Source: an uncultured Planctomycetota bacterium
GTDB taxonomy: Bacteria > Planctomycetota > Planctomycetia > Gemmatales > Gemmataceae
Direction of reading: 5' to 3'
Length of the DNA stretch: 64,000 nt
Assembly (NCBI GenBank): GCA_963849325.1
Contig: CAWKHF010000002.1
Location: forward strand, 256,001 to 320,000
The notes under the pieces are model-generated. The model had not been told where the DNA came from. It saw nothing but the letters and a program-made list of their open reading frames with translations, and ran no database searches. Made by a program: the position numbers and the translations under genes. Numbering within the stretch: the first letter of the stretch is position 1; every line of letters starts with the position of its first letter. This document shows, piece by piece, positions 1-12,237 of this stretch.

Positions 1-141
1 GCCCTGGAGAGCATGGCGCGGCAGCCGGAGATCGCCGGTCGCATTCAGACGGCCATGATCGTCATCGCCGCCCTTCTCGAAGGCGCAACTTTCTTCGCCC
101 TGATCGTCTGCATCCTCATGGCCGGCGGCGCGCAGTTTTAA
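1..141 (+). CDS. atpE: ATP synthase F0 subunit c (3' part, cut by window edge)
   Basis: Translates ALESMARQPEIAGRIQTAMIVIAALLEGATFFAL...; ARQPE loop and proton-binding Glu; directly upstream of atpF. Confidence 0.95.
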   Translation, partial: ALESMARQPEIAGRIQTAMIVIAALLEGATFFALIVCILMAGGAQF

Positions 142-158
142 GGGGTGTGATCACCATC

Positions 159-215
159 CACGAGCCCGGAGCGCTAGCGACGGGTCTCCCCCGTCGCTAG
201 CGCTCCGGGCTCGTG
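159..215. repeat. REPIN-like inverted repeat, family A (AGCCCGGAGCGCTAGCGACGGG)
   Basis: Perfect 26-bp arms 159-184 and 190-215; related copies at 12069 and 43150. Confidence 0.85.
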
Positions 216-250
216 AGGACGACCGTTTCGCCTGATGGGACGAGGTAGCC

Positions 251-943
251 ATGCGTCATGGTTGGTTGCTGATGGGAATCGGCTTGCTGGCGTTGTTCCT
301 GTACGCGCCGGCCGTGGTCGGGGCGGACAAGAAGCACACACCCCAACGAGTCAAGACGGCCGAGGATAGGTTCGAGGAGAGGAACCAGGCAGAAATCGAG
401 GAGGCGGCCGGCGAAGTCAAACGCGACCTGTTCGCCTGGGCGATGGACCTGGGCATCTGGACGTTGGTCATCTTTCTGCTGCTGCTCTTCGTCCTGGGCA
501 AGTTTGCCTGGAAGCCGATGCTGCAAGGACTGGAGCACCGCGAACGGGCCATCCACGCGGCGTTGCACGAGGCCCAGCAGGCCCGCGACGAAGGGGCGCG
601 GCTCCGCGCGCAACTGGAAGAACAGATGCGCAAGGCCCACGATCAGGCCCGCGAGATGCTCGACGAAGCTCGCCGCGCCGCCGAGCGGACCACGGCCGAG
701 ATGACCGCCGCCGCCCAAAAGAAGTTGCAGGCGGAGCACGAACGTCAGCAGCGTGAGATGACCCTGCAATACGACCAGGCGCGGCGCGACATTCAAATGC
801 AGGTGGCGCAGCTGGCGACCTTGGTTGCCGGCAAGGTGATCCGCCGCCAGGTCAACTCCGACGATCATCGGCAGCTGGTGGACGAGGCGTTGGCTGAGTT
901 GGGACAGGCCGGCAACGGCCGGCAATCGAAAACGCTCGTTTAG
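251..943 (+). CDS. atpF: ATP synthase F0 subunit b, with N-terminal extension
   Basis: TM segment WTLVIFLLLLFVLGKFAWKP followed by long coiled coil; operon position. Confidence 0.93.
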   Translation: MRHGWLLMGIGLLALFLYAPAVVGADKKHTPQRVKTAEDRFEERNQAEIEEAAGEVKRDLFAWAMDLGIWTLVIFLLLLFVLGKFAWKPMLQGLEHRERAIHAALHEAQQARDEGARLRAQLEEQMRKAHDQAREMLDEARRAAERTTAEMTAAAQKKLQAEHERQQREMTLQYDQARRDIQMQVAQLATLVAGKVIRRQVNSDDHRQLVDEALAELGQAGNGRQSKTLV

Positions 944-991
944 CCGCGACGCGCAGCGGAGCGCGCTCCGCTGCGCGTCGCGGCTAAACGA
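936..991. repeat. Perfect 56-bp palindrome, REP family B (AGCCGCGACGCGCAGCGGAGCG)
   Basis: 28-bp arms with no loop; second copy at 11122-11187. Confidence 0.9.
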
Positions 992-1015
992 ACTGGAAAC
1001 GACGAACGAACCATC

Positions 1016-1621
1016 ATGACCGAAACCGTCCAGGTCCATCACGCGACCGTCTTCGACGACGCCACCCGGCACATCGCCCGCATCTACGCCGAGGCGCTCC
1101 TGGACGCCGCCGACAAGCGCCAGCAGACCGCCGAGGTGCTGGAGCAGCTGGAAGAACTGGTCCGAGACGTCCTTAATCGGGACTCGGCCTTCGCGGTCTT
1201 CCTTGCCAGCGCGGTCGTCTGCCGCGAACACAAGCGCGAGGCGCTGCGCCGCGCCTTCGAGGGCAAGGTCAACGAAGTCCTGTACAATTTCCTGCTTGTG
1301 CTCAACGACCACGACCGTCTGGACGTGATCCGCGAGGTAGCGATCACGCTGCGCGACATCTACGAGCACCGGGCCGGCCGCATCCACGTCGAGGTCCGCG
1401 CCGCCGTGCCCCTGGCCGACGAGCAGCGCGAGCGGCTGCGGCACGAACTGCGGACCAAGTTCGGCCGCGAGCCGATTCTGTCGCTCCGCGTCGATCCCGA
1501 CCTGCTGGGCGGCCTGGTGGTGCGCGTGGACGATTGGGTCTACGACGGCAGCGTGCGGGCCCGCCTGGAGCGAATTCGGAATCAACTCATCGAGAAAGGC
1601 AGCCATGTCCAATCGCATTAA
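1016..1621 (+). CDS. atpH: ATP synthase F1 subunit delta
   Basis: IARIYAEAL ... [21 protein letters not shown] motifs. Confidence 0.95.
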   Translation: MTETVQVHHATVFDDATRHIARIYAEALLDAADKRQQTAEVLEQLEELVRDVLNRDSAFAVFLASAVVCREHKREALRRAFEGKVNEVLYNFLLVLNDHDRLDVIREVAITLRDIYEHRAGRIHVEVRAAVPLADEQRERLRHELRTKFGREPILSLRVDPDLLGGLVVRVDDWVYDGSVRARLERIRNQLIEKGSHVQSH

Positions 1622-3326
1622 CGCCAACGAAATCGTCTCGGTCTTGACCGAGGAAATCAACCGCTACCGCGACAAGATCGAGCCGAAGGAAGTCGGCGAG
1701 GTCCTGGAGGTCGGCGACGGCATCGCGCGCGTCTACGGCCTGGCGAACGTGATGGCTGGCGAGATGCTCGAGTTCCCGCAAGCCGGCGTACACGGCCTGG
1801 CCTTCAACCTCGAAGAAAACTCGGTCGGCGTCATCATCCTCGGCGATTACAAGGCCATCGGCGAGGGCCATGAAGTGCGTTCGACCGGGACGCTGTTGCA
1901 GGTGCCGGTCGGCGAGGCGCTCGTTGGCCGGGTCGTCGATCCGCTCGGCAATCCCCTCGATGGCAAGGGTCCTGTCGCCACCTCGCACAACCGTTTCGTC
2001 GAATCGACGGCGCCCGGCGTGGCCGGCCGGCAGCCGGTGGAGGTGCCGCTGCAAACCGGCATCAAGGCCATCGACGCCATGACGCCGATCGGCCGCGGTC
2101 AGCGCGAACTCATCATCGGCGACCGCAAGACCGGCAAGACCGTCATCGCCCTGGACGCCATCATCAACCAGCGCGACAGCGGCGTGGTGTGCGTTTACGT
2201 CGCCTGCGGTCAGAAGGAATCGAGCGTCGCTCGCAACGTCGAGGTGCTCCGCGACCACGGCGCCATGGATTACACCATCGTCGTCATCGCCTCCTCGTCC
2301 GATCCGGCGCCGTTGCAGTACATCGCGCCCTACGCCGGCTGCGCCATGGCGGAATTTTTCATGTACGAACAGGGCCGCGATACCCTGTGCGTCTACGACG
2401 ACCTGTCCAAGCAGGCGGCCGCGTATCGCCAGCTCTCCCTCTTGATGCGTCGGCCGCCGGGACGCGAAGCCTATCCCGGCGACATTTTCTACGCCCATTC
2501 GCGCCTGCTGGAGCGCTCCGCCAAGCTGGCCGAGCGCTACGTCCTCGTGCCCAGCGACGCCGACGAGAAAAAGGTCGGCGACGACTGGGGCGTCAACAAC
2601 GAACAGGGCGAACGCCGCCAGCCCGGCGAGAAGGGCAAGGTCTACTTTGGCCCCGTCGATAAAGAACACGCCCTCAAGCACGATCTGCCGAAGTTCCCCG
2701 GTCACAAGGTCGCCAAGGTGGCCAACTCCGGCGGTTCGCTGACGGCACTGCCGATCATCGAAACGCTGGAAGGCGAGGTGTCGGCGTACATCCCGACCAA
2801 TGTGATTTCCATCACCGACGGCCAGATTTACTTGCAGCCGGACCTGTTCAACGCCGGCATCCGGCCGGCCATCGACGTCGGCATCAGCGTCTCGCGCGTC
2901 GGCGGCAAGGCGCAGATCCCGGCCATGAAGCAGATCGCCGGCGGTCTGCGCCTGGACCTGGCCGCCTTCCGCGAGCTGGAGGCGTTCGCTCAACTTGGCA
3001 CCGAACTGGACAAGGCCACGCAATCGCAGCTGGACCGCGGCTATCGCATGGTCGAGATTTTGAAACAGCCGCAGTTCAAGCCGATGAACGTGGTCGATCA
3101 GGTCATGATTATCTTTGCCGGCACCAAGGGTTATCTCGATAAGGTGCCCCTCAAGGACGTGCGCGCGTGGGAGGAGCAGTTTTTGCGCTTCATCCGCGAA
3201 CGGCAGCCGGAGGTCCGCAACGCCATCCTCAAGGAGCGCAAGCTGACCAAGGACATCGAGCAGCAGCTGGGCGCGGCCATCACGAATTTCCAGGCGCAGT
3301 TCAAACCCGCCGGCGCGGCGCGTTGA
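1605..3326 (+). CDS. atpA: ATP synthase F1 subunit alpha
   Basis: [28 protein letters not shown] motifs. Confidence 0.98.
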   Translation: MSNRINANEIVSVLTEEINRYRDKIEPKEVGEVLEVGDGIARVYGLANVMAGEMLEFPQAGVHGLAFNLEENSVGVIILGDYKAIGEGHEVRSTGTLLQVPVGEALVGRVVDPLGNPLDGKGPVATSHNRFVESTAPGVAGRQPVEVPLQTGIKAIDAMTPIGRGQRELIIGDRKTGKTVIALDAIINQRDSGVVCVYVACGQKESSVARNVEVLRDHGAMDYTIVVIASSSDPAPLQYIAPYAGCAMAEFFMYEQGRDTLCVYDDLSKQAAAYRQLSLLMRRPPGREAYPGDIFYAHSRLLERSAKLAERYVLVPSDADEKKVGDDWGVNNEQGERRQPGEKGKVYFGPVDKEHALKHDLPKFPGHKVAKVANSGGSLTALPIIETLEGEVSAYIPTNVISITDGQIYLQPDLFNAGIRPAIDVGISVSRVGGKAQIPAMKQIAGGLRLDLAAFRELEAFAQLGTELDKATQSQLDRGYRMVEILKQPQFKPMNVVDQVMIIFAGTKGYLDKVPLKDVRAWEEQFLRFIRERQPEVRNAILKERKLTKDIEQQLGAAITNFQAQFKPAGAAR

Positions 3327-3334
3327 CGATCTGA

Positions 3335-3393
3335 CGAGCGGGGGGCGTCAGCCCCCTGTTGCGAAGAAACAGGGGGCTGACGCCCCCCGCTCG
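3335..3393. repeat. REPIN-like inverted repeat, family C (AGCGGGGGGCGTCAGCCCCCTG)
   Basis: Perfect 26-bp arms, 7-nt loop; relatives at 28815, 45193 and 57437. Confidence 0.85.
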
Positions 3394-3423
3394 CCAAATT
3401 CCAGGTGAGATAGTCGAGACATC

Positions 3424-4303
3424 ATGGCCAACACCCGAGCGCTCGTCAAACGCCGCAAGGCGGTTCGCAACATCAAGAAGATCACGCGCACCATGGAGCT
3501 GATCGCCACGGCGCGCTTCAAGAAGGCGCTGGACCGCGCCACCGAGGCCGAGGCGTACACGCGCAAAATCACCGAGCTGGCCGCCGACCTCAGCGCCTCG
3601 GCGACCAACGTCTCGCATCCGCTGCTGCAACAGCGTGAGGACGTTCGCAACACGGTGCTTCTGGTGCTGTGCTCCAATCGCGGCCTGTGCGGCGGCTACA
3701 ACGCCAGCATTCTCCGCGAGGCCAACCAGCGCATCCGCCACATCCGAACCGAAAACGCAACGCTGCACCTGGAGCTATCCGGCCAGCGGCGCCATCACCT
3801 ACTTCCGCTACCAGGGCGTCAAGGCCGAGCACACCTACACGCAATTCGAGGAGAAGCCGCGCTTCGACGAGGTGGAAGAGATCGCCAACCGCTACATCGA
3901 AGGCTTCATCAGCGGAAAAATCGACCGCGTTGAGGTGGCGTACATGAAGTTCCTCAACGCGGCCCGGCAAACGCCCGTCGTCGAGACGCTGTTGCCGCTA
4001 TCGCGGTCAGCCCCCGGCGAAGCGCGTCAACCGGCCCCGCGCCCTGTCGAGTACGAGTTCTTGCCCAGCGCCGCCGACATCTTGCAGGAACTCTTGCCGG
4101 TCTCGTTCAAGGTCCGGCTGTTCAAGTGTTTCCTTGACGCCGCCGTCAGCGAGCAGATTGCCCGCCGCGTCACCATGAAGCAGGCGACCGAGAACGCCGA
4201 CGATATGATTAAGAGCCTGACACGCCTGTACAATCGCGCGCGCCAGGCCCAGATCACCAAGGAAATCGCCGAGGTCATCGGCGGGGCGGCGGCGCTGGAA
4301 TAA
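3424..4303 (+). CDS. atpG: ATP synthase F1 subunit gamma (apparent frameshift near 3785)
   Basis: N-part KITRTMELIA...RGLCGGYN in ORF 3424-3933; C-part YNRARQAQITKEIAEVIGGA in ORF ending 4303. Confidence 0.95.
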
Positions 4304-4318
4304 GACAGGGGCGAGAGT

Positions 4319-6473
<2,155 letters not shown>

Positions 6474-6478
6474 CGAAC

Positions 6479-6908
6479 ATGCCAAACCCCGCGGATCGAG
6501 AGCTGCATTGCGTGATCGTCACGCCGGAGAAGGCCGTCCTCGACGAGGCTGCCGATTTCGTGGCCGTGCCGATGTTCGACGGCGAGCTGGGCGTGCTGCC
6601 CGGCCGAGCGCCGCTCATCGGCCGGCTGGGATACGGCGAGCTGCGCCTGCGTCGCGGCACGCAGACGCGGCGTTTCTTCGTCGATGGCGGCTTCGTGCAG
6701 GTGCGCGCCAACATCGTCACGGTGCTGACGTCGCGGGCCATGCGGGCAGAGGACATCGACGCCTCCGCCGTCTCTCACGCGCTCGCAGGCCGCCCTCGCT
6801 CCCACCGCCACGCCGCAGGCACGCGAGGCGCAGATCAAGACGCAGGAACGCGCCCGCTCACAATTGCGGGTCGCTCGTCATCGCGAGGAGAGCGCGGGAC
6901 GAGCCTGA
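6479..6908 (+). CDS. atpC: ATP synthase F1 subunit epsilon (apparent frameshift near 6788)
   Basis: IVTPE...DGELGVLPGRAPLI...FVDGGFVQV; helical C-terminus (ERARSQLRVA) in shifted frame ending TGA 6908. Confidence 0.9.
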
Positions 6909-6932
6909 TCATTTCCGCGAGCGAGTCTCGGC

Positions 6933-7829
6933 TCAGCCACGGTAATACTCCGCTCGTTTTTTCTTGAGGAACTCGACCGAGCGCTGCAATTCCTCCAGGC
7001 CGTTCATACCGTCTTCCACCGAGATCCAACCGGCGAAACCAGCGCCGGACAGGATGCGGAAGATGGCGTCGTAGTCATGGAGACCCTTGCCGGTTTCGCC
7101 GTGGCGGAGCTTGTCGGAATAGCCGATCGTGCCGTCGGCTTGCCGCAGCTCATCGAGCGTAGCGCCGGGCGCCAGATAGCGATCCGAGGCGTGCATCGAT
7201 ACGACCCGGTGCTTCACCTTTTCCAGAAAGCGCACGGCATCGAACCCGCCCACCGTGGCGTTGGAAGGATCGTATTGCACTCCGAAATAGGGTGAATCAA
7301 TGCGGTCGATGATTTCGAGGAAGATGTCTTCGGGCTGGGCGAATTCGGAATACTGCCAGGTGCCGTCCTTGTAATGGTTCTCCAGACACAGGACCACGTC
7401 CTTGCGCTGGGCGTACTCCAGGGAGCGCTGGATGCCCTCGACGGTGCGTTCGACGCCCTCGCGGCGCGACAGTTCGGGATAGCGTTGGCCGCTGAGCGTG
7501 CGGCAGTGGCGGATGCCCAGCGCCACGCACAGGTCGATGGCGGTCTTCTGCCGTTCGACCTGACGGCGACGCTCGCCGGCATCGGGGTGCGTGAAATCCG
7601 GCGAGAAACAAAGGAGCGAGGAGACCTGGCCTGTCTCTTGCAGCGTGCGGCGCACCGGGGCGATGCCGGCCTCGTCGAGGCTCGTAAAAAAGCCGTCGTA
7701 GTGTTCGACGCCTTCGGCCCCGAGCGTGGCAGCCTGCCGGAGCCATTCGAGATAATCGCGGCGGCCCGCGTACAGGTCATCGAAATAACACTTGGGAAAG
7801 ACGCTGATCCGCGGATACGCCTGGCTCAT
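6933..7829 (-). CDS. Sugar phosphate isomerase/epimerase (TIM barrel)
   Basis: LENHYKD, YDPSN, MHASD, ISVED metal-ligand motifs. Confidence 0.85.
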   Translation of the reverse strand: MSQAYPRISVFPKCYFDDLYAGRRDYLEWLRQAATLGAEGVEHYDGFFTSLDEAGIAPVRRTLQETGQVSSLLCFSPDFTHPDAGERRRQVERQKTAIDLCVALGIRHCRTLSGQRYPELSRREGVERTVEGIQRSLEYAQRKDVVLCLENHYKDGTWQYSEFAQPEDIFLEIIDRIDSPYFGVQYDPSNATVGGFDAVRFLEKVKHRVVSMHASDRYLAPGATLDELRQADGTIGYSDKLRHGETGKGLHDYDAIFRILSGAGFAGWISVEDGMNGLEELQRSVEFLKKKRAEYYRG

Positions 7830-8895
7830 GTGTTGTTTTCCTCTCACTTGCGCGGCACGGCCAACACCGGCCGTCCCACAGTCGAATCGTTCGGTCCCAG
7901 CTCCCGGCCGCGAGGGCCGCACCCTTCGGGGCGATGGCGATGCACAGCACCTCGCCCGAATGTTTCAAGGTATTCCGCTCGCGCCAGGATCTTGTGTCCC
8001 ACCATTTGATCTCGCCCGGTCGCTTCCAATCGCCGCCGCCGCTGACGAGCGTCTGACCGTCGTCGGTGAAGGCGACAGACCACACGTCTCCCTCGTGCGC
8101 CTTGAGGACAGCCCTCTGTTGCCCACCGTCCACGTCCCAGACCACGACTTCGCCGTAGCGCGTCCCCGCCGCGACTGATCGGCCGTCGGGCGACAGGGCG
8201 ACGGAGCGCGCCTCACCGCTGCGAACCGGCATCGTGACCCGCACGCGCCGCTGTTTCACGTCCCACAACTTGATGGTCGCGTCGGAACTGCCCGTGGCCA
8301 GCAGGGCGCCATCCGCCGTGAAGGCGACGCTGTTGACCCAGCTCTTGTGGCCGGTAAGCGTCGCACGCTCCGCGCCCGTCTCCGTGTCCCACAGTTTGAC
8401 CGATCCGTCGATGCTTCCCGTCGCCAGCGTGCGACCGTCCGGGCTGAACGCCACCGCCAAAACCGCTCCGCGATGCCCACAAAGCGCAAGCGACTTTGCG
8501 TTTTTCACGTCCCACAGCCTCGCGGTGCGATCGTAACTGCCGGTGGCGAGTATCGTCCCTTTGGGATGAAAAGCGATCGCACAAACGGAATCGTCATGTC
8601 CGCGCAAGGTGGCCTGGGTCGTCTTCGTCTTGCAGTCCCAAAGAAGGATGGTTTTGTCCGCAGCAGCGCTGGCCAGGGTGGCCCCATCGGGCGAGAATGC
8701 GACACCGCCGATCCATCCGGTGTGCCCTTTCAGCATCGCCGCTTCCTCGCCGGCCCTGGCGTTCCGAGAAAGTGCCAGCGCCAACACGATCACGAACCAT
8801 CGCCGATGACGCGAACGGAATGGGATGGCGGTCATGGACAGCTCCAACACAATGGCGGCGATGAGGTCATCCGGAATCGAGGAGACTTCGCTCAT
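7777..8895 (-). CDS. Secreted WD40-repeat protein (true start may be 8835; C-end uncertain)
   Basis: About 7 GH...VAFSPDG...LWD repeats; N-terminal signal-like segment. Confidence 0.9.
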   Translation of the reverse strand: MSEVSSIPDDLIAAIVLELSMTAIPFRSRHRRWFVIVLALALSRNARAGEEAAMLKGHTGWIGGVAFSPDGATLASAAADKTILLWDCKTKTTQATLRGHDDSVCAIAFHPKGTILATGSYDRTARLWDVKNAKSLALCGHRGAVLAVAFSPDGRTLATGSIDGSVKLWDTETGAERATLTGHKSWVNSVAFTADGALLATGSSDATIKLWDVKQRRVRVTMPVRSGEARSVALSPDGRSVAAGTRYGEVVVWDVDGGQQRAVLKAHEGDVWSVAFTDDGQTLVSGGGDWKRPGEIKWWDTRSWRERNTLKHSGEVLCIAIAPKGAALAAGSWDRTIRLWDGRCWPCRASERKTTHEPGVSADQRLSQVLFR

Positions 8896-8930
8896 GGCGA
8901 CAAGGGTCTCCCCTCGTTATAGTAAGTGTC

Positions 8931-9984
8931 ATGAGGGGAAAAAAACGATTCCTGGCACGATCAATGTATCCCGTAATCACGATCGGACTGGTACTTGGCT
9001 GCGCCGCTGTTGCGGCTCCGGCCGGGGAAGAAAAGGCGGCGGTGACACCCACCGAGGTCTTGACGGGAGTGCGCACTTTCTTCGCCAAAACCGCCCGCGA
9101 AGACGGTTCCTTCCGGCCGGGCCTCGATCCGGCTTACGAAGGGATGTCCGACAGCGCCTACAGCGACCTGGCTCCCGTGACGTATGCCGTGATTCTGCAT
9201 CGGACGTTTGGCTGGAAACTGCCCGACGAGGCGAAGACTCGAACATTTCTGCTCTCGCGTCAGCAGAAGGATGGGGGCTTCGTCAACGTCAAGGGGACCG
9301 TCGATCCGAAATCATCCCAGGCCCGCGTCTACAACACGACGCAGGGACTCGTCGCCCTTCATGCGCTCGGCGAGCTGTCCGCGCTACGACCCGTTGCCCG
9401 TCTTTGCCGCCGTGCTGGAAGGCGATTACCGAACGCTGCCCGCATACAGCACGAGTTTCTTTCCGCTCGCCTATCAGGCGATGGGCAAGCCCTTCCCCGC
9501 GGCCGCGGACAAAAAACTGCGTGCCACCATGATCCAGGCGGACGATGGCTACCTGAACGATCACATCGCCGCCACGTTCCATGCGGTGCATTACTACCGC
9601 TTGCTGGGCGAGGCGACGCCCCGGGCCGACGCCATCCGGGCGCGCGTCCTGCGCGATCAGAAGCCGGACGGCAGCTGGCTGCTTAACCCGCCCTCGCGCG
9701 ATCGACACGCCGGCTTTGACGCCTGCTTTGTGCTCAAGCAGCTGGGCCGAGGCCAGCCGGAGTGTCAGCGCGCGCTGGATCGCGCCGCCCGATGGGCGCT
9801 GAGCTGCCGCAATCCCGACGGCGGTTTCGGCCACTATCCCGGCAGCACGTCCGACGCCGACGCGGTGTATTTCCAGGTCGGCACGCTCGTTCTGGCCGGT
9901 TTCCTCAAGCCGGTTAATCCACCGCCGCCCGATCCCCACTTGCTCGGCTGGGGACATCTCTTTCCGCACTTGAAAAGGGACTAG
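8931..9984 (+). CDS. Prenyltransferase/squalene oxidase repeat protein (frameshift near 9378)
   Basis: QW-like motifs LLSRQQKDGGF, RDQKPDGSW, SCRNPDGGFG across two frames. Confidence 0.75.
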
Positions 9985-10047
9985 GGACGAGGGACTAGGG
10001 ACGAGGGAAGAGCCGCCTTCTTCCCTAGTCCCTCGTCCCTAGTCCCT
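9976..10047. repeat. Inverted heptamer tandem repeat (AGGGAC[T/G])n
   Basis: 4+ copies followed by 3+ reverse-complement copies. Confidence 0.9.
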
Positions 10048-10079
10048 TCTTCCGACGAGTTTTTTCCGGGCAAGACCCT

Positions 10080-10108
10080 TTGACCCTTGGCCCCTGGAAT
10101 GCTACGAT
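10080..10108 (+). promoter_or_regulatory. Sigma70-type promoter for rpsB-tsf
   Basis: TTGACC-17 bp-TACGAT with extended TG. Confidence 0.6.
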
Positions 10109-10216
10109 GACCTTCTTCACCCTTTTGGCAAGGGGGCTCGCGATGAGCGTGGTGGCGATTGTTTGTTCACTGTTTCACCCCAACCGTTATCCCGCCTGGG
10201 AGCAGGAGGGCAGTGC

Positions 10217-11110
10217 GTGGCCATTGTCCAAGTAACCGATCTGATCGAGGCCGGTGTTCATTTCGGTCATCGGGCCAGTCGCTGGAACCCGAAGATGCGG
10301 CCGTACATCTACGGCAAACGCAATCTCATCCACATCATCGACCTGCGCGAGACCGTCCGCGGTATGCTGCGGGCGCACCGCTATCTGGCCAAGGTCGCCA
10401 GCCAAGGCAGTCTCGTGCTGTTCGTCGGCACCAAGCGCCAGGCCAAGGAGGCCGTCGAACGCGAGGCGGCGCGCTGCGGCATGCCGTTCGTGAGCGAACG
10501 CTGGCTGGGCGGCACACTGACCAATTACCGCACCATCCGCGATCGACTCAAGCGCTTGCAAGAGTTGGAGGCGATGTGGCTGCCGGCCAACGAGAACCCG
10601 GCCAAGGTCGATCTGCCCGCCCACATGAAGAGCATGCTCAACGAATCGGGCAAGCTCGAATTGAGCAAGGCGCCCGACACGGCCGAGATCCGCGGTTACA
10701 GCAAAAAGATGGTCGCCACCCTCAACCGCGAACTGACCAAGATCCACCGCAACCTGTCGGGCATCCGCGACATGAACCGTCTGCCCGACGCCCTGATCGT
10801 CGTCGATCCCAAGCGCGAGCACATCGCCGTCAAGGAAGCTCAGCGCATGGGCGTGGCCACCGTGGCCCTGATCGACACCGACAGCGATCCCGACGTGGTT
10901 GATCTGCCTATCCCCGGCAACGACGACAGCATCCGCTCCATCGAACTGATCCTGGGCAAGCTCGCCGATGCCGTGCAGGAAGGCAAGGCCGCTCTGCCGC
11001 CGGAACAGCAGGCGACCGGCCCCAGGCCGCGGCCCGCGCCGGCGGGCGTCGGCAATGGCAATCCGCAGACCGCCGCGAACCCCAAACCCGCTTCGGCGGT
11101 CGTGGAATAA
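10217..11110 (+). CDS. rpsB: 30S ribosomal protein S2
   Basis: [31 protein letters not shown] start after AGGAGG. Confidence 0.97.
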   Translation: MAIVQVTDLIEAGVHFGHRASRWNPKMRPYIYGKRNLIHIIDLRETVRGMLRAHRYLAKVASQGSLVLFVGTKRQAKEAVEREAARCGMPFVSERWLGGTLTNYRTIRDRLKRLQELEAMWLPANENPAKVDLPAHMKSMLNESGKLELSKAPDTAEIRGYSKKMVATLNRELTKIHRNLSGIRDMNRLPDALIVVDPKREHIAVKEAQRMGVATVALIDTDSDPDVVDLPIPGNDDSIRSIELILGKLADAVQEGKAALPPEQQATGPRPRPAPAGVGNGNPQTAANPKPASAVVE

Positions 11111-11121
11111 GACAAGGTTCC

Positions 11122-11187
11122 CGTTTAGCCGCGACGCGCAGCGGAGCGCGAGTTGTCGCGCACTCCGCTGCGCGTCGCGACTAAACG
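11122..11187. repeat. REPIN-like inverted repeat, family B
   Basis: Arms near-identical to 936-991 with a longer centre. Confidence 0.85.
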
Positions 11188-11212
11188 CCAAGTTTGTTAA
11201 GGACGAAGCAGC

Positions 11213-12052
11213 ATGGCTGAGATCGGCGCGGAACTGGTCAAGAAACTACGCGATCGAACCGGGATGCCGTTCGGCAAGTGCAAGGAAGCCCTCGTCGAGA
11301 CGAATGGTGATCTCGACAAGGCGGTGGATAAGCTGCGCAAGCGCAACAAGGACGCCCAGAACAAGCTGGTCTCGCGCGAGACCGCCGAGGGCCGCATCGG
11401 CGTGTACATCAACCCGGTCAAGCAGGTCGGCGCCCTCGTGGAATTGCGCTGCGAAAGTGCCCCCGTGGTCAAGAGCGAACTATTCATCCAGCTGGCCAAC
11501 GACCTGGCCAGGCAGGCGGCGCTGCAAGAAGCGACCACGCCCGAGGCGCTGCTGGCCCAGCCTTACATCGACGATCCCAAGCGAACCGTCAACGATCGCA
11601 TCGGCGAAGTCGTGGCATTGATCCGCGAGAACATGAAGCCGGTTCGCGTGGTCCGACTGGCCGGCGGTCCCCTGGGCAGCTACGTCCACCACGACGGCTC
11701 CGTCGGCGTCATGGTGCAGGTCGAAGGCGCCAAGGCCGATCCGCAGATGTTGCGCGACGTGTCCATGCACATCACCGCCAAGAACCCGGCGGCCGCCCTC
11801 CGCGAGCACGTTCCGCAGTCCACCATCGATAAGGAGATGGAGATCGCCCGCGCCCAGGCGGCGGCCACCGGCAAGCCAGCCAACATCGTCGAGAAGATCG
11901 CCGAGGGCAAGATGAAGACCTGGTTCGCCGAAAACGTGCTACACGAGCAGCCGTTCGTCAAGGACGACAGCAAGACGGTCGGCGACCTGCTCAAGTCCGC
12001 CGGGCTGAAACTGGTCAAGTTCGTTCGCTTGCGCGTCGGCGAGGTCAGTTAA
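11213..12052 (+). CDS. tsf: Elongation factor Ts
   Basis: VKKLRDRTG...CKEAL, AEG, GKPANIVEKIAEGK; follows rpsB. Confidence 0.97.
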   Translation: MAEIGAELVKKLRDRTGMPFGKCKEALVETNGDLDKAVDKLRKRNKDAQNKLVSRETAEGRIGVYINPVKQVGALVELRCESAPVVKSELFIQLANDLARQAALQEATTPEALLAQPYIDDPKRTVNDRIGEVVALIRENMKPVRVVRLAGGPLGSYVHHDGSVGVMVQVEGAKADPQMLRDVSMHITAKNPAAALREHVPQSTIDKEMEIARAQAAATGKPANIVEKIAEGKMKTWFAENVLHEQPFVKDDSKTVGDLLKSAGLKLVKFVRLRVGEVS

Positions 12053-12068
12053 GGAGCGATGGCCTAAC

Positions 12069-12123
12069 AAGCCCGGAGCGTCCGCGACGGGGGAAATTTC
12101 CCCGTCGCGGACGCTCCGGGCTT
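12069..12123. repeat. REPIN-like inverted repeat, family A (followed by T-run, possible terminator)
   Basis: 24-bp arms AAGCCCGGAGCGTCCGCGACGGGG. Confidence 0.8.
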
Positions 12124-12237
12124 TTGCTCGTCGAACCCCTTTCGCAAGCGGGACGAACGGCGGCTTGATCTGCCGCACGGCGATTCGCTATCCTGGATGC
12201 AGGAGCATCCCGTCGCCGTTGGAAAGCCGCGAGCATC

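Noticed and set aside
2529-2729. Intein in AtpA
   Set aside because: Too short and lacks the N-terminal Cys/Ser and the His-Asn end followed by Cys/Ser/Thr in the proper arrangement
12062-12130. GCCTAAC before a hairpin resembling an integron attC site
   Set aside because: No complementary GTTRRRY end, no integrase, and the hairpin belongs to REP family A
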